A stretch of 64,000 nt of DNA from Piromyces finnis finn. Lineage: Eukaryota; Fungi; Neocallimastigomycota. The stretch spans positions 682,001 through 746,000 of the forward strand of contig MCFH01000005.1 of NCBI GenBank assembly GCA_002104945.1, read 5' to 3'. Within the stretch, counting starts at the first letter, position 1. Every line of letters begins with the position of its first letter. Both the position numbers and the translations under genes were made by a program. Shown in pieces: positions 31,146-53,900 of this stretch. Below the pieces are notes generated by a model. It did no database searches and was not told the DNA's origin. It saw nothing but the letters and a program-made list of their open reading frames with translations.

Positions 31146-31609
31146 AATAGTTATAAATTTATGTTTTATAATTTTGTCAACTTATTTAATATAATTTATA
31201 ATAAAAAACTATTGTTTCATTCTATTCAAACTACATGTATTTATACATTTGAATTGTGGCTTAAATTTCTAATTCAATACAGTACATATAAATACATTCT
31301 AATATATTTTAGCTATATTGTACATATTAATACATGTTTCATACCTTTCACATATTCTAACAAAAATCAAAAATAATTGTGAAATTCATTGACAAATATT
31401 TTATTTTAATATACCATTTATTGTGACACGTGTCTATTTATAAGATATTAAATTTTATTATAATTTTATTAATTAGTAAAATGTATTTAACATAATGTAA
31501 TATATTGATAATGTATGTAATATAGAATAAGCCATAGATTTTAGTATAAATTTAAATTAAAAATTCATTTTTATTACATTTAATTATATTAAATAGGCAT
31601 TATCGAATA

Positions 31610-32420
31610 ATGAAAAATATTATTCTTTTATAATCTTTACTATATTGTTATTTATCAATGCATAAAATTATGATACTAATTGAATTATTTCTTATTGAGA
31701 ATTTAAAACTCAATCAGATTAATATTCCTGATACTTATGATTCTGAAACAAATATTATAGCCATATTTAAAGCAGACTGGAAACTCAAAGTTTAAATATT
31801 AAAGAGCAATTAGAAAGTGGAATTATTTAGATATAAGACTTTCATTAGATGATGAACTTGATAATAGGTTATAAATTATCTATACCAGATATGGGTAAAT
31901 GTTATGAATATAGTAATCACGGTACTAGATTTAATGATGTAGAAAAATGTTATCTAATAATATCCTCTATTAAAAAAGATAATGTTAAAATGTTAGATTA
32001 TCGTGTATAAGATAATTATAATTTAGAAAAAGATGATAAATTGGAATATAATATATGATATATTATCAAATAAAGTTAATTCTCGATCTAATAATTATGG
32101 TACTGCAGTTATTACAGATAACAATAAATTTTATAATAAAGTAAATATTAATATGTTTACTATTAATTTTTTGAATATAGAGCAAGAGTATCTGATAATT
32201 TAGGATTTTCTCAAGCGATGGATACAGTATTTGATTCATCTATAAAGGATTCTTCATATTATATAAATATTAATTAAGTTGATTTTGATGAAAATATTAT
32301 TTATAATCATTGGATTATTATGGATTTTCCATCTACGTCTGTTATACGTAAAGTCTATTCAAGTAACAATTTATCAAATAAAGATATTACTGTAAAAGGA
32401 ATAAGTTATTATTTATATGC
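31610..32420 (+). pseudogene. Intronless PI-PLC X-domain (PLC-like phosphodiesterase) pseudogene with a signal-peptide remnant
   Basis: MKNIIL...ILLFINA leader; ENLKLNQINIPDTYDS (31697-31744, cf. IPGTHDS); KEQLESGI..LDIRL (cf. QL..GIRYLDIR); WIIMDFP...IRKVYSSN (~32310-32370, cf. GIIIMDFP...I...N). Several stops and frameshifts. Confidence 0.7.
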
Positions 32421-33900
32421 TACTTTCGATATCTTAAAAAAAGGTATTTTTTGGTAAAAGAGATAGTTATATACGAATTAGATAAATTTTTTGAAGAATC
32501 TCCTCTATTTGAGGAAGAGAGAAAAAAAGAACAAGAAGAATTGAAACTATTAGAAAAAAAGATACATAATGATAATATATTGGATAAATAACTTTGTTGT
32601 AAAAGATACTTTAATAATATTGTCGATATGAGACCTATATAAATTCGTCGTACAGATGAAGAAGCTACAAGCTACCAGCTACATTAGTATATTATTGTTT
32701 TTGTTTAAATTGCAATAGAATGATTTAGATATAATATAACACATATTCAGTATATATATATTCGGTATATGTATATACATATTTGATATATAATAATTAT
32801 TGTATAATATGTTCATATACATATCATAATATAATTAATATAATATTATTAATTATATTTATAAACTTATACTATTAATATTAATAATATTAAAAGTATA
32901 ATATGTTAATTATATATTTAATTGTATATATTTTAAATTAATTATTAATTAATAATATTTTTTTTAAAAAAAATAAAACTTAATAATTTATATAGTAATA
33001 TTTGGTAAATTATTACATAATTCAACTAAGACATTATAAAGATTATAAAAAAATAAGTTAAAATATTACTGAGTGATATTACTAATTCAGAACAACAGCA
33101 ATTAGCTATTACAAATAGTGTTCATCCTCATTTGGATTATTACAAGAAAGTCTTAACTTCATGCTATGCTGATAGTAATGTATAAAGGTTTTTATACCTT
33201 TTCAAAGAAATTGTATATTTCTGGATTCTGTTAAAGAATGAATAAATAAATATAATTTATAATTTAATTAAAATAAATGTTGTTGTTGTTGTTGTTGTTG
33301 TTGTTTTTCATTATCAACTTCAATAATAAAGTATCAACGACAACAATAGGTATATAATTATATAGGAATAAATACTGTTTTGAATATTTAACCCTTTATA
33401 ATTTTTATCTATTGCTTCAAAAAAAATTGAAATATAATTTAAATATATATATGTTGTTGTTGTTTTTTTAAAAAAATAATCATTAGTAAGTAAATAAAAA
33501 TAGAAAAATATTATTAATATTTATGTATAATTATAATTGTTTTTAATATAGAAATCTTTATTATTATATATAAAAAAAAAAAAGGAAAATAATAAAAAAT
33601 AAAAATGTAGAAATATAAATATAAGTTTTCTTTATAAATTAATATACATTATATAATGATGTCTTTCGAAGTTTGTTTAATTTTGAATTTTTATTTCTTT
33701 ATTAACTTAATATATCACATCTAGATTTTACAAAAAAAAAAAGTTTACATTATTAAAAATTTTGGAAAAAAAAATTTCAAAAAAAAAAAAAATAAATTAA
33801 AATTAAAATGTATATATTTTGTGTTTAGGAATAATGGATTATTTATAATATTAAACAAAAAATTTATTATTTAATAACTTTTGTTTAATAAAAGGAAAAT

Positions 33901-41592
<7,692 letters not shown>

Positions 41593-44500
41593 TCTATATT
41601 ACTTTTACTTGTTTATATGTATTATATTTATTAATAGGATATAAATGATAATCAAACTATCTTTTTATATTTGGTATATAATAAATATTATTATATATTT
41701 ATTTTTATGCTAATTATTTGTTTGTACGTTATGATATTTGATTATTTATGTTTATATATGTGAAATAAATACAAATTTAATATATGAACATTGATAAAGT
41801 ATTGTCAAAACTATATGATATAACTATCTTTATTATTTGATAATAATTATAAAATTATCAGTATAAATAAATAAAATATAATACAAAAATTTATGAAATA
41901 TATATATATATATATATATATAAAAGAAGAAGAAGAAGAAAAAAAAAAAAAAAGGCTTAATTCTAAATGTTAGAAATTAATGAAGTCTTTTGAACTAAAT
42001 CCTTTTATTTATTTATGGTTTTTGTAAATATTTGAAAAATCTAAATTTGATGAATGCGATAAGGATGAAATTATGAATTTTAATTAATTTGAATTTTACT
42101 TTAAAGTAACATTCTTTACCTATAATGATAAATGTTTTTGAAAAACAGAGAAAGGTGAGAATGAAATTGAGTGAAGAATTAAGGAAATATATAAAAATAA
42201 ATTAAATATTTTGTATTAATATTTAATATAAATATATCACTTTAAAATTTACATTATTTAATTTTTTAATATTATAACTTTACATTTATATTAATAAATA
42301 TTTTAATATTAATTATGATATAAAGAAAAAAAATAATAATAATATAAAGATATAGAAACTTAAATTATAAATATATTAAAATGTCTTCTTACTTTGTCTT
42401 TATTTTGAATTATTGTTTTTACTTCTTTATATTTTCTCCTTTAAGATTCTATTCCTTTATTATTTTTATTTGGTTTGTTGTTGGTTAATATGCTTTTTTT
42501 TCTTCCTGTTTTATTTTTTTTTCTACTAATAATAATTACATAACATATTATTTCCGTTTTTATAAATTGACTTTAATAGAATAATAATTATCTTTCTTGT
42601 ATCTTTATTATCTTATTTCAATTTTCAAATATTTTACAAAAAAAAAAAAAAAAAAAAACTTTTTAATTATTATACACACAAATTTCCAAATATAATTTCT
42701 TGGTATTTATATACACTTCTTTTGATAAAAAGAGTGTAACAAAATGAAAAATTATATAAATGAATATCTGTCTTTAAATTATAGATTATGATATTGAAAT
42801 ATTGTTAATTATATATATGTAGTTTTTTAAGTATTTTTATTTATTGATATTAGTAGTAGCAGTAATATTTTTATTTTAATTAAGTTTTTTTTTTTTTTTT
42901 TTATTTTCTTTACATATATTAATTGTATATTAATTCTTATTGTTTTATTTAATACAAAATAATTGTTAAATTATATAGCTTATTTAAAAGAAAGTTTTAT
43001 ATGTATATGTATATGTAATGTGAATTGAATATTTTTGATAATGTGTTATTTATGAAAATTTATATTAAAAGGTAGATATGAATTATACAATATTATATTT
43101 AAAAATAAAAAATAAATAACTTTTATATATAACCATATAAATTTAACGAACTATAAAGAATCAATATATAAAATGTTATATTAAAAAAAAAAAAAAAAAA
43201 AAAATAGTACAAATATCGAAGAAATAAGGTATTTAAATGATATAAAAAAACAATTTAAAAGAAAAAATATTAATATTTAATAAATAGTATTAGAATAAGG
43301 GGAAAAATATATATATTAAAAAGGTATAATATAAATAAATAATAAAAAAATACATTTAAAAAAAATATATATATATTAAAAAAAGTTTATTAAATATTAA
43401 AAAAATTAAAAGTTTTATTATACATTACAGTATATAAAATTTAAAAATAGAAACATACATAAAAAAATAATTAACTAGATTTTAGATAAATTAGGCAACT
43501 CAATAATTAAAAAATATATAAATATTAAAAAGAAAAAAAAATATAAAGAGAACTATAGCACATTAACATATTAACAATATTAGTGATAATAAAATAATTA
43601 TTAATACTAGATAATATAATAGTTGGTTTTATTTAAATAAGGAAGTAATAAATTTATTTCTATTTTATATATTTTATTATTGAAAATTTTTTTTATTTTT
43701 AATTATAAAACTATTAAAAAAAAAAAGTATCCATGTTATTTTTATCTTAAACATTAAATATATACACCATATATACCTAACACTAAATAAAATAAATACT
43801 TTTATAAATAATACTAAAAAAATAAAAATACTATTTCGAAACTATTAAAATTTAAAGTTTTTAAATATTAATAGAAAATATACCATAATTTATTATCAAA
43901 TTTAAATAATTAAATATTTTAATACTAAAAAAATACTTAAATAAAAATATTAGTCTTTATTTCTAATTAAAAAAAATAAAACTATAAAACCTAGACATTA
44001 TAAAAAAATATCAGTAAATAAATTTATTATACCTAATGAAAAACAATTGAAACTAGCTAATATATAAATCTTCCACTATTTTTAATTTTTGTTGGTTTAC
44101 ATTAATAAAAGAATATTGATAAATAAATTAAAATATAAAAGTTATTTAAAAAAAAAAAAAAAATATTAGTTATATAATAAAGAAAATTAAATTTTTAAAA
44201 AAAGAATTTTAATATTTTAGTATTTAATAACAAAAATATTAAATGAATTATTTTTTTATATAGAAATCCTTTTAAAATAATAAATTTATATAAGATAATA
44301 TTATAACTTTATGTATTACTATTATTAACTATTATCATTATAAACAGCATTACCAGGAAATATTGATATAATTAGCATTATTTTAACTTGATTTTTTTTT
44401 TGCAATAAAATTTTGTGTAACAACAAATTATTTTTTGTATTAGTATTAGGAGATTTTATTATGTGTAAAATATATAAATATTTTTATATTTTTTATACTA

Positions 44501-47500
44501 TAATTTTTAATTTGAATCTTTTTTGAAATAATTAAATAAAATGAAAGAAATAATTTACAGTGTTTAGATAAATATATTTAACCAAAAGAGGCTACACTAA
44601 AGACATCAGTATTTTAGTATAATAGATAATAGAATTAATTTTCTTTTGTTTAATAATATTATATGCTTTTATAAAATATAAAATAATATGAATATATATA
44701 TATATTTATACATTTATATAGTTTGTTTATCTAATATTTTATAGGGAATAACAAATAAAATATAATATTTTAAAGTATGTTTATTACTTTTAATAAGTCA
44801 ACTATAAATAATAATAAGTAATTCATTACGAAACTTAATATTTCAGTATTAATTTAGAATATTACTATAATAAAACAAATCGTTGAAATTTAAAATTATA
44901 CATGTTACCGTACTTTACATAAATATCATTACATAGTAAATATTTTATTTAATAATAAAAAAAATATAAATACTATATATAATATTGAAGGGTTTTCATT
45001 GACGTCTATTTCTTTAATTTCTAGTTCTAAGATAAATACTTAAGTGTTAATATTTATCAATATAATAAACTTTATAATCTATATAATGAATTTATTTTGC
45101 TTTTTATCTATTTTATTGTTTCTACATCAATTAAAATTAAAATATATATATGAATATAACAAAGAATAAGGTATTTTTATTATATTAGAAGAAAAACCAA
45201 TAATATCAAAAAGTTATTAAATATTACATACATTTATAAAAAATCTTAATTTTTATTTTACTAATATAAATGTTGAATTATATTAAATAACTTTCATATA
45301 TACATTACTAAATTTGATTAAAAAAAATATATATCAAATATAATAATAAATTTACAAATAGGAAAAAAAAAAGAAAAAAAAAAAAAAAAAAAAAAGAACA
45401 GTATTTATTATTTTATAAAAGATATTATATATATGAACAGGCAGCTTAAACATTAAATAAATATTATGGTGATTTTATGTAAATATAAAACGCAATACGA
45501 ATTAAAAAAAAATATATCTAAAAATTTAAAAAAAAAAAAAATACCAAAATACCATTATAATTGATACATTTATATCATATTTATTAATTATAATGTATAA
45601 TAATGACATTTATATATATATTTTTTTTTTATTAATTATGACATAAATTCATAATTTTAAAATGATATATCATTACATAAAATTTTAGTCAAAAAGCATA
45701 TTTTCTGAATAATGCTCGCTTTTCAATAATATTCTCCACCGAAAGCATTATACATTTTGCAAAGCATTAATACAAATTGTGATATTCCTTATTTTTTAAT
45801 TCAGTTATTTATTTAATTAAAGAATATTTCAACTTGTTTATTTACAAATTATTTCATTTATATTTATTCTTTTAATTATATAAATAAATAATAAATATCA
45901 TTCAGTTAAAATTTTTGATCTAATTTAACCAATAAAAATAGGCTTACTCTCAATTTTTTTTTTGGGAAAGTTATGTGTATTAAATAATAAAATATTTATC
46001 AATATACCATATATAATTTAATAATTAATATGAAAAGTTATAATACATTATTTAAATTAATAATTATATTACTTGATATACTAAATAATTTGTTTCATTT
46101 ATAATACTAAAAAACCTCTTTTTATATATATATTTATATTAGTATATATTGATAAATAAACATAAAAAATAATATATGTTTGATTCATTGCATATATTAA
46201 AAAATAAAACACACAAAATTTAACATATATGGAAATAATTAATTTAAAAAAAATGATATACAGAAAAAAAAGAAAAATAGTTTTAGTTTATATACATATA
46301 ATTTAATTATAATAAATAAATTATAATTTAAAGTAAATAATTGTTTTCAATTCCATTATCTTTTTCTTGCAATTATAATAAAAATGTTCATACTCATAAT
46401 AATAAAGAAATAATTGTACTCATTATTCTAAATATATATACAAATTAAATGTTTTCTATTAAATATAATAAAAAATAAATATTTTTAAAAACTATTAATT
46501 TCATATGTGGTTAGGTTTCGTGTTTAAGGATTAGAATACTTATTAATATTCAACCATAAAAATATTTTTGGTTTTATTTTAATATAAAAAAATTACATAG
46601 CAAAAAAAGAAAATAAATAATATAATATAATGAAAATATATAGTTTTTCATTATATCATATTATTTATTATTAATATTTTTATGTCTTATTTTTATTTAT
46701 TATTGTATATTAAAGTAATTTTATAAAAAGTATATTCAAAAAAGCATAAATAAAATTTTATAATATATTTTTTTTAAACAAAATAAAAAACATTAGAATT
46801 AATAAACAAATATAAAAAAAAAGACAGTTTATCATAATGGCTTTCAATTTTTTTTATATCGAAAATACTCATTTATTTCATTATGATGTAATGTTAAATT
46901 TTTTTTAAAGAAAAATAACATAAAAAACTTATACAAAACACTGTAATAATACTAATACTAATATTAATAAAATAGTTTATTTTTTATTAATTTTTTTTCC
47001 TATATAAAAAAAAAGATTATTTTAAACACTTATTGAATATAAAGGTATTAATTTAGCAAATATAATTATATAATTATTTATTTTGCCTAGAAATTATTTT
47101 TTTTAATAAAAGTTTTTTTTTATATAAATTAAAATATTATTATTGGTGTTTTATATGTATTGATTCAATTTAGCCAACAAATTCTATTTTAAGTAGCCGT
47201 TTCAATAATCAATATATCAAATTATATTACAACATTCAATTAATATTATTGGTGGTCATTTATTTGGTGATTTAAAAAAGCATTAAAAAAAAATGTTGGA
47301 AAGAAAATCATTGTAGTTTATTTTTATTAAACATTCATTTTTCTTTATATATTTATATATTCATTCTTTACACTAAAAATTAGAATACTTAATTATTAAA
47401 GTTTTTTTTTATTTCTTCTATAGTTTTGAAAAATTGAGTACAAATAAAAATAAACAACCTTCTATAGTAATGTTAATAACTACAAAAAAATAATTAGGTT

Positions 47501-50500
47501 ATATTAAAAATTAAAATTTTTAATTTTAAGAATAATGTAATATATTTTATAATAAAATTACTTAACAATTAATAAAAAAGGCAGTTAAAATTTTTATTTT
47601 ACTATAAAAATATAAAAAATTCTTTATAAAGAAATAAATGTCATAATATTTTTATAAAGGAAACCTAAGCAAAAAGTATTTTTTCTTTTTTTAGTTGTAA
47701 ATAAATATGTTTAATATTTTAAAAATGCTATAATAGATTTCTTTTTTTTTTTTTTAAAATAAATTTTACTAAATGAATATTTTCCCCAAAAATTTTTTAT
47801 TAATGAAATTTATTTAATGATACCTATATGAAGAAAATGATATAAAAAGTAGTGAATGAATGAATATATAAATAAATATATATATAAATGAATAAATGAA
47901 TAAATAAATAAATAAATAAATAAATAAAAGTCATTAGACATATATCAAATGGTAAACTTAAAAACTTGGTACTCATTAAAAATTTAAATCACATCCAATA
48001 TTTTTTATTATTGTATATTATTGTATAAAACAAGAAAAAACACATTAAAAAGCGATAAATGCTATTAAGAAATAACATTAAACTTATTAAATGAGAATTT
48101 AATTCATATACCTTCTTTATAATGTTTTATAATTAATTTTCTTTTTCCTTTATTAGTTAATATTAGATTTTTTCTATTAGAGTATTTTAGAATTTTAAAT
48201 TTTTTGGTATTTTAAAAATTTTTTTCTTTTTTATTTATATAGATCAACATTTTTAATTTTTTCCAAATTTTTAATTTCCAGTTTTTCCATTTATTACGAA
48301 GATGGGCAGTTAAATTTTTTAAGTTTAAAAGGTTAGATTTTAATAATATATATAATCATTGATAATTTTCCCCATAAAATAAATTAAATTTCATAGATTA
48401 TATAATTTTTCATTTTAAATATTAGCTAACTTTAATATACCTTTATTATTTACATTATTTTGATAATACTGATACTATACTGTTATATTTTAAAACCTTT
48501 TTTCTTTTATTTAGAAGAGTTTACCTTTTCATTTTTTATTGTAAAGTTTATTATATTGATAAGTAGGTTACAATTTATTGTAATATATTGATAATATATA
48601 AAAATAAAAATCATCTTTTTGTACTAAAGAGTGAATCAAAAGTAGTAATGTAATTATTTTCTAATAACTTTAATAAAACATCTACAATATATTTTGAGCG
48701 AATATATTACACTATATTGAATATTATATGTTTTTTTTAATTTCATTAATTATCCCCAATATATTTTATAAATTATAGATTATAATAAATTGATACATTA
48801 TACCATTAATTATTTAGTATTATATATATAGTATTTAATAAGAATTTAAATTGACCCAAAATAATTATTTAATAATAAATTTTTTAAAAAATAAAAATTT
48901 CTGATTCTAATATATTAATAAGTTAATATTTTCATATATTCCAATATACTATCACAATATATTAATATATTATTTTCAGGTATGATAATTAAATTTAAGT
49001 TCAGTTTTGATAGATTTGAGTTTTTATATTTTAATTTAATTAAATAACATATATTAGAATATATTTATAATATAAAGTAATATAATTTTGTCTAATTACT
49101 TCAATCTTTTTTTTCGTTTTTTTATTTTAAATTAATTTCATCCATAATAAAAATATAAATAAATAGATAATTAAATAAATTTAATTAATTAATATTTAAA
49201 TTAAATGAATGATATTATAAATTCTAGATGGATTAACTAATTTAATTTTGTTACAATGATTAACAGTAGAATTTTGTTGATAATACTAAAATCATACTAT
49301 TACCATAAACATTTTAATACTAATAAAGATTTTAATGTCGTGATAAACATATTATTGTTTAAAGCCTTAATTCTTAATTGATATATATAGAGTCAACTAG
49401 TGTTCATTTTAATATTTATCTAAACTGTCAGTGCTAACTTAAATAAAATGACTATGACTTCTTCGATAATGTATAAACATTGATTCATTTTGTACTTTTT
49501 TTTATTTAATATTTATATATTTATATATAACTAAATAATAAATAATAAATGAATAAATAAATAAAATAATTAATCTCGTAAAAGAAAAATTTATATTAGT
49601 ATATTATATTATATAATATTTTTTTATTGAATTGAATTATATTATTTGTACTATGTTGTAATGAAATTTAATATATTCCTTTGAAAATAATAAAAGTAAT
49701 AAAAATATTTTTTTATTTTCTTTTTTTTTTTTTTACTTTACTTATTTTTTCATTTATTAAATCAATCAAAAAAGTGACTATAAATTTAATATCTATTGAA
49801 AATAGATTTAAATTTTAACAGTAACGTTTTGTATAAAAGAAAAAAAAAAAAAAACTACTTTTATATTATTATAATAATACTCAAAACTTTTTCATTTTTG
49901 TTAATAAACAAAAAAAAAAAATAAATAATACTTTATAATATTATTTATTTACATATCATTTTTAATCTACTTTTTTGATATATACTTTAATAAATATTTA
50001 TATAGTTTATCTTTTAATTCTTTGTAATTTGTATTCACTTTTTAATTTTACAAGGATAACCCCATTAAAGGATAAATATTAAATTTTAACTAAAAGAAAA
50101 AAAAAAATAAATGGTAAAAATGTTGTTTAATATAAATATATTATTTTTGAACAAATGAAATTTTAATACTTTTACTATTTTTTATTATTTTTCTTTATTA
50201 TTTCCTTATTATAATTTGTCTTTTATACTATTTTTAGTTATTTTTGAATAATAATAGTAAGGAGATAATAATTTTTTCGAAAAGAAAAATAAGAAAAATA
50301 TTGAAATATTAAAAGTAGAAAACGTTAATTACTTTATATATATTAAATATTTAATATATGGAATAAGAAAAATATATATTAATATAAAAATTCTTTATTC
50401 TTTTTTATTACTTATAATAAGAAATTTAATAGATTATAAAGCTTTAAGTATTCTATTTTCAAATATATCACATATTTATTTAATATATTAGACTTATAGA

Positions 50501-50975
50501 TATAACAATTAAAGTAAGAAATACTAAATATTTATGTTTGTTTTGGTATAAATTAATATAGGAATATATAAGTAATTTAATTTCATGTTAATAAACATGA
50601 AAAGAATAATTGTATATAATAAAATATACTATATTTATGTATTTTGAAGGATATAGGAAACATTATCGATAATACAAAATTATAAAAAAGAAAAAATTGA
50701 TATATATTCTTTTTTTAATAAAAATATAAATTTATAATATGTATATTATTTTAAATTATTTATTTTATAAAAAATAGTTTAAAAGTTTGCTAATATAAAT
50801 ATTTATTAGCTTTTTTGTTATATAATATTAATAATATTAAAAATTTATTATATAAATAATTTTATATCATAAATTTTTTAAAATATAATTATATTTCTAT
50901 ATTATTTTTTATTACTATATAAATAATAATAAATTTAATTATTAAATAAAATATTTCATTATTTAATTTTTTTAG

Positions 50976-53900
50976 ATGGGTAAAAAATCTTTAGATTCAA
51001 CAGGTCCAAGTCCAGTTAGAGATTTTATCATTAATTCTAATGGTCATACTTTAATTACTAAAATTCTTATTGGTAAGTATTAATAAAGTTTAAAAAAAGT
51101 AAAAGAAAAGTGGATTATGGAAACAACTAATAATTATATTATATAAATTTTAGCTAACAATGGTATTGCTGCCGTTAAAGAAATTCGTTCTGTTCGTCAA
51201 TGGGCTTATTCTGAATTCGGTGATGAAAGAGCTATCGAATTTGTTGTCATGGCTACTGTTGAAGATTTAAAAGCTAATGCTGAATACATTCGTATGGCTG
51301 ATCAATATGTAGAAGTTCCAGGTGGTAGTAACAATAATAATTATGCTAATGTTGATTTAATTGTTGAAATTGCTGAAAGAACCGGTGTTCATGTAATTAA
51401 TATAGACAAAATTAAACATTTTTAATATATAATGATTATAAATACAATGAAAAATTTTATATTAATGAACACCATTTATTTTTTAATATTAAAATTTTTA
51501 AAAACCATTTAATTTTTATTTCAAACTATTAAGGCTGTAAGTTATAGATATATATAATTAATCCATTGAATAAAATATGTTTAATTGAAAAAAAACTTAT
51601 TTCTAAATATCTATAAAAATTATAAATTTAAATAATTAAATAATATTAGGTTTGGGCTGGTTGGGGTCATGCTTCTGAAAATCCAAAACTTGTTGATGCT
51701 TTAAACAAAGTTAATATTGTTTTCATTGGTCCAACTAGTAATGCTATGAGAACTCTTGGTGACAAGATTTCATCTACTATTGTTGCTCAAACTGCCAATG
51801 TTCCATGCATTGCTTGGTCTGGTGATGGTTTAACTGTTGATGCTAAGGAAGGTGATTTAATTACTTCAATTGATGATGAACTTTACCAAAAGGCTACTGT
51901 TCACAATGCTAAAGAAGGTTTAGAAGTTGCCAAGCGCATTGGTTTCCCAGTTATGATTAAGGCCTCTGAAGGTGGTGGTGGTAAGGGTATTCGTATGGTT
52001 GAAAACCCAGAACACTTTGAATCATGTTTTGTTCAAGTTCAACGTGAAGTTGCTGGATCTCCAATTTTCGTTATGAGAATGGCTGATCGTTCTCGTCACT
52101 TGGAAGTTCAACTTTTAGCTGATCAATACGGTAATGCTATTTCTCTTTTCGGTCGTGATTGTTCTATACAACGTCGTCACCAAAAGATTATTGAAGAAGC
52201 TCCAATTAAGGCTGCTTCCCCAAGTATGATTGAAATTATGGAAAAGGGTGCTGTACGTTTAGCTAAATTAGTCGGTTATCAAAGTGCTGGTACTGTAGAA
52301 TATTTATATGATACTGAAACTAAGAAGGCTTACTTCTTAGAATTAAACCCACGTCTTCAAGTTGAACATCCAACTACTGAAATGGTTTCTGGTGTTAACC
52401 TTCCAGCTGCTCAATTACAAGTTGCTATGGGTATTCCACTTTCATGTATTAAGGATATTAGAATTTTATATGGTTTAAATGCTGGTACTTCTGATATTGA
52501 TTTTGATTTTAAGAATCCAATTTCTTACCAAATTCAAAGAAAACCAAAGCCAAAAGGTCATGTTATTTCTTGTCGTATTACTGCTGAAAACCCAGATGCT
52601 GGTTTTAAGCCAAATAGTGGTAAGGTATCTGAATTAAACTTCCGTTCCAGTAATAATGTTTGGGGTTATTTCTCTATTAGTTCAGCTGGTGGTATTCATG
52701 AATTTGCTGATTCTCAATTTGGTCACATTTTCTCTTATGGTGAAACTCGTGATCAAGCTCGTAAGAATATGATTATGGCTTTAAAGGAAATCTCTATTCG
52801 TGGTGAATTTAGAACTACTATTGAATATTTAGTTAGAATTTTAGAAATGGAAGAATACAAGGCCAATAAGGTTAATACTTCTTGGATGGATGGTTTAATT
52901 GCTCACCACTTTGATGTTGAAAAGCCAGAACAAACCTTATCTGTTGTTTGTGGTGGTGTTTCTAAGGCTTTTATGAAATTCCAAGAAAATATGGAAGAAT
53001 ACACTTCTATTTTAGATAAGGGTCAAATGCCAAATCAACTTTTACTTTCAAATGTTATTCCAATTGAATTTATTAATAGTGGTATCAAATATAAGCTTTC
53101 TGTTTTCCGTAATGGACCAGAAGATTATTCTGTTGTTGTCAACGGTTCTACTGTAAAGGTTGTTTGTCGTAAATTAGCAGATGGTGGTATTTTGATTTTA
53201 GTTGATGAAAAGAGTCATGTCGTCTACTTAAAGGAAGAACCACAAACCACCATCATGACTTTAGATGGTAAGACTGTTCCATTAGAAAAGGAAAATGATC
53301 CAACTAAGATGCGTTCTCCATCTCCAGGTAAGCTTATTCGTTATTTAGTTAATGATGGTGATCATGTTAATGCTGGTGATGAATATGCTGAAATTGAAGT
53401 CATGAAGATGTACATGCCTTTAGCTGCTGCTGAAAGTGGTATTGTCACTTTCACTAAGACCCCTGGTGCTGTCTTAGAAAATGGTGAAATCATTGGTAAT
53501 TTAAAGCTTGATGATCCATCCAAGGTAAAATCTGCTACTCCATTCACTGGTAGCTTAAATCTTGGTCCATCTCAAATTATTGGTGAAAAACCAAATCATC
53601 AATTTAGAGCAATATACCGTGTTATTTCAAATGTATTAGATGGTTACTATTCTCAAGATTCCTTAAATAATGTCGTTCGTCAAATGGTTGATATATTAAG
53701 AAATTATGAATTACCAAAGATGGAATTACATGATGTTTTATCATCCTTGACAGGTCGTATTCCAAGTAAATTAGAAGATTTCCTCCGTGATGTTTTAGAC
53801 CACTGGAATGAAAATGTTGAAGAAAATGTTCAATATATTCAAAAGGAAATTGAAAAGTACAGTAAAGATATGGAAGATGGTGAACGTTCTTTATTCGAAG

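Noticed and set aside
42049-42065. AATGCGATAAG matching 5.8S rRNA sense sequence
   Set aside because: Only 11 nt with no flanking rRNA similarity; expected by chance.
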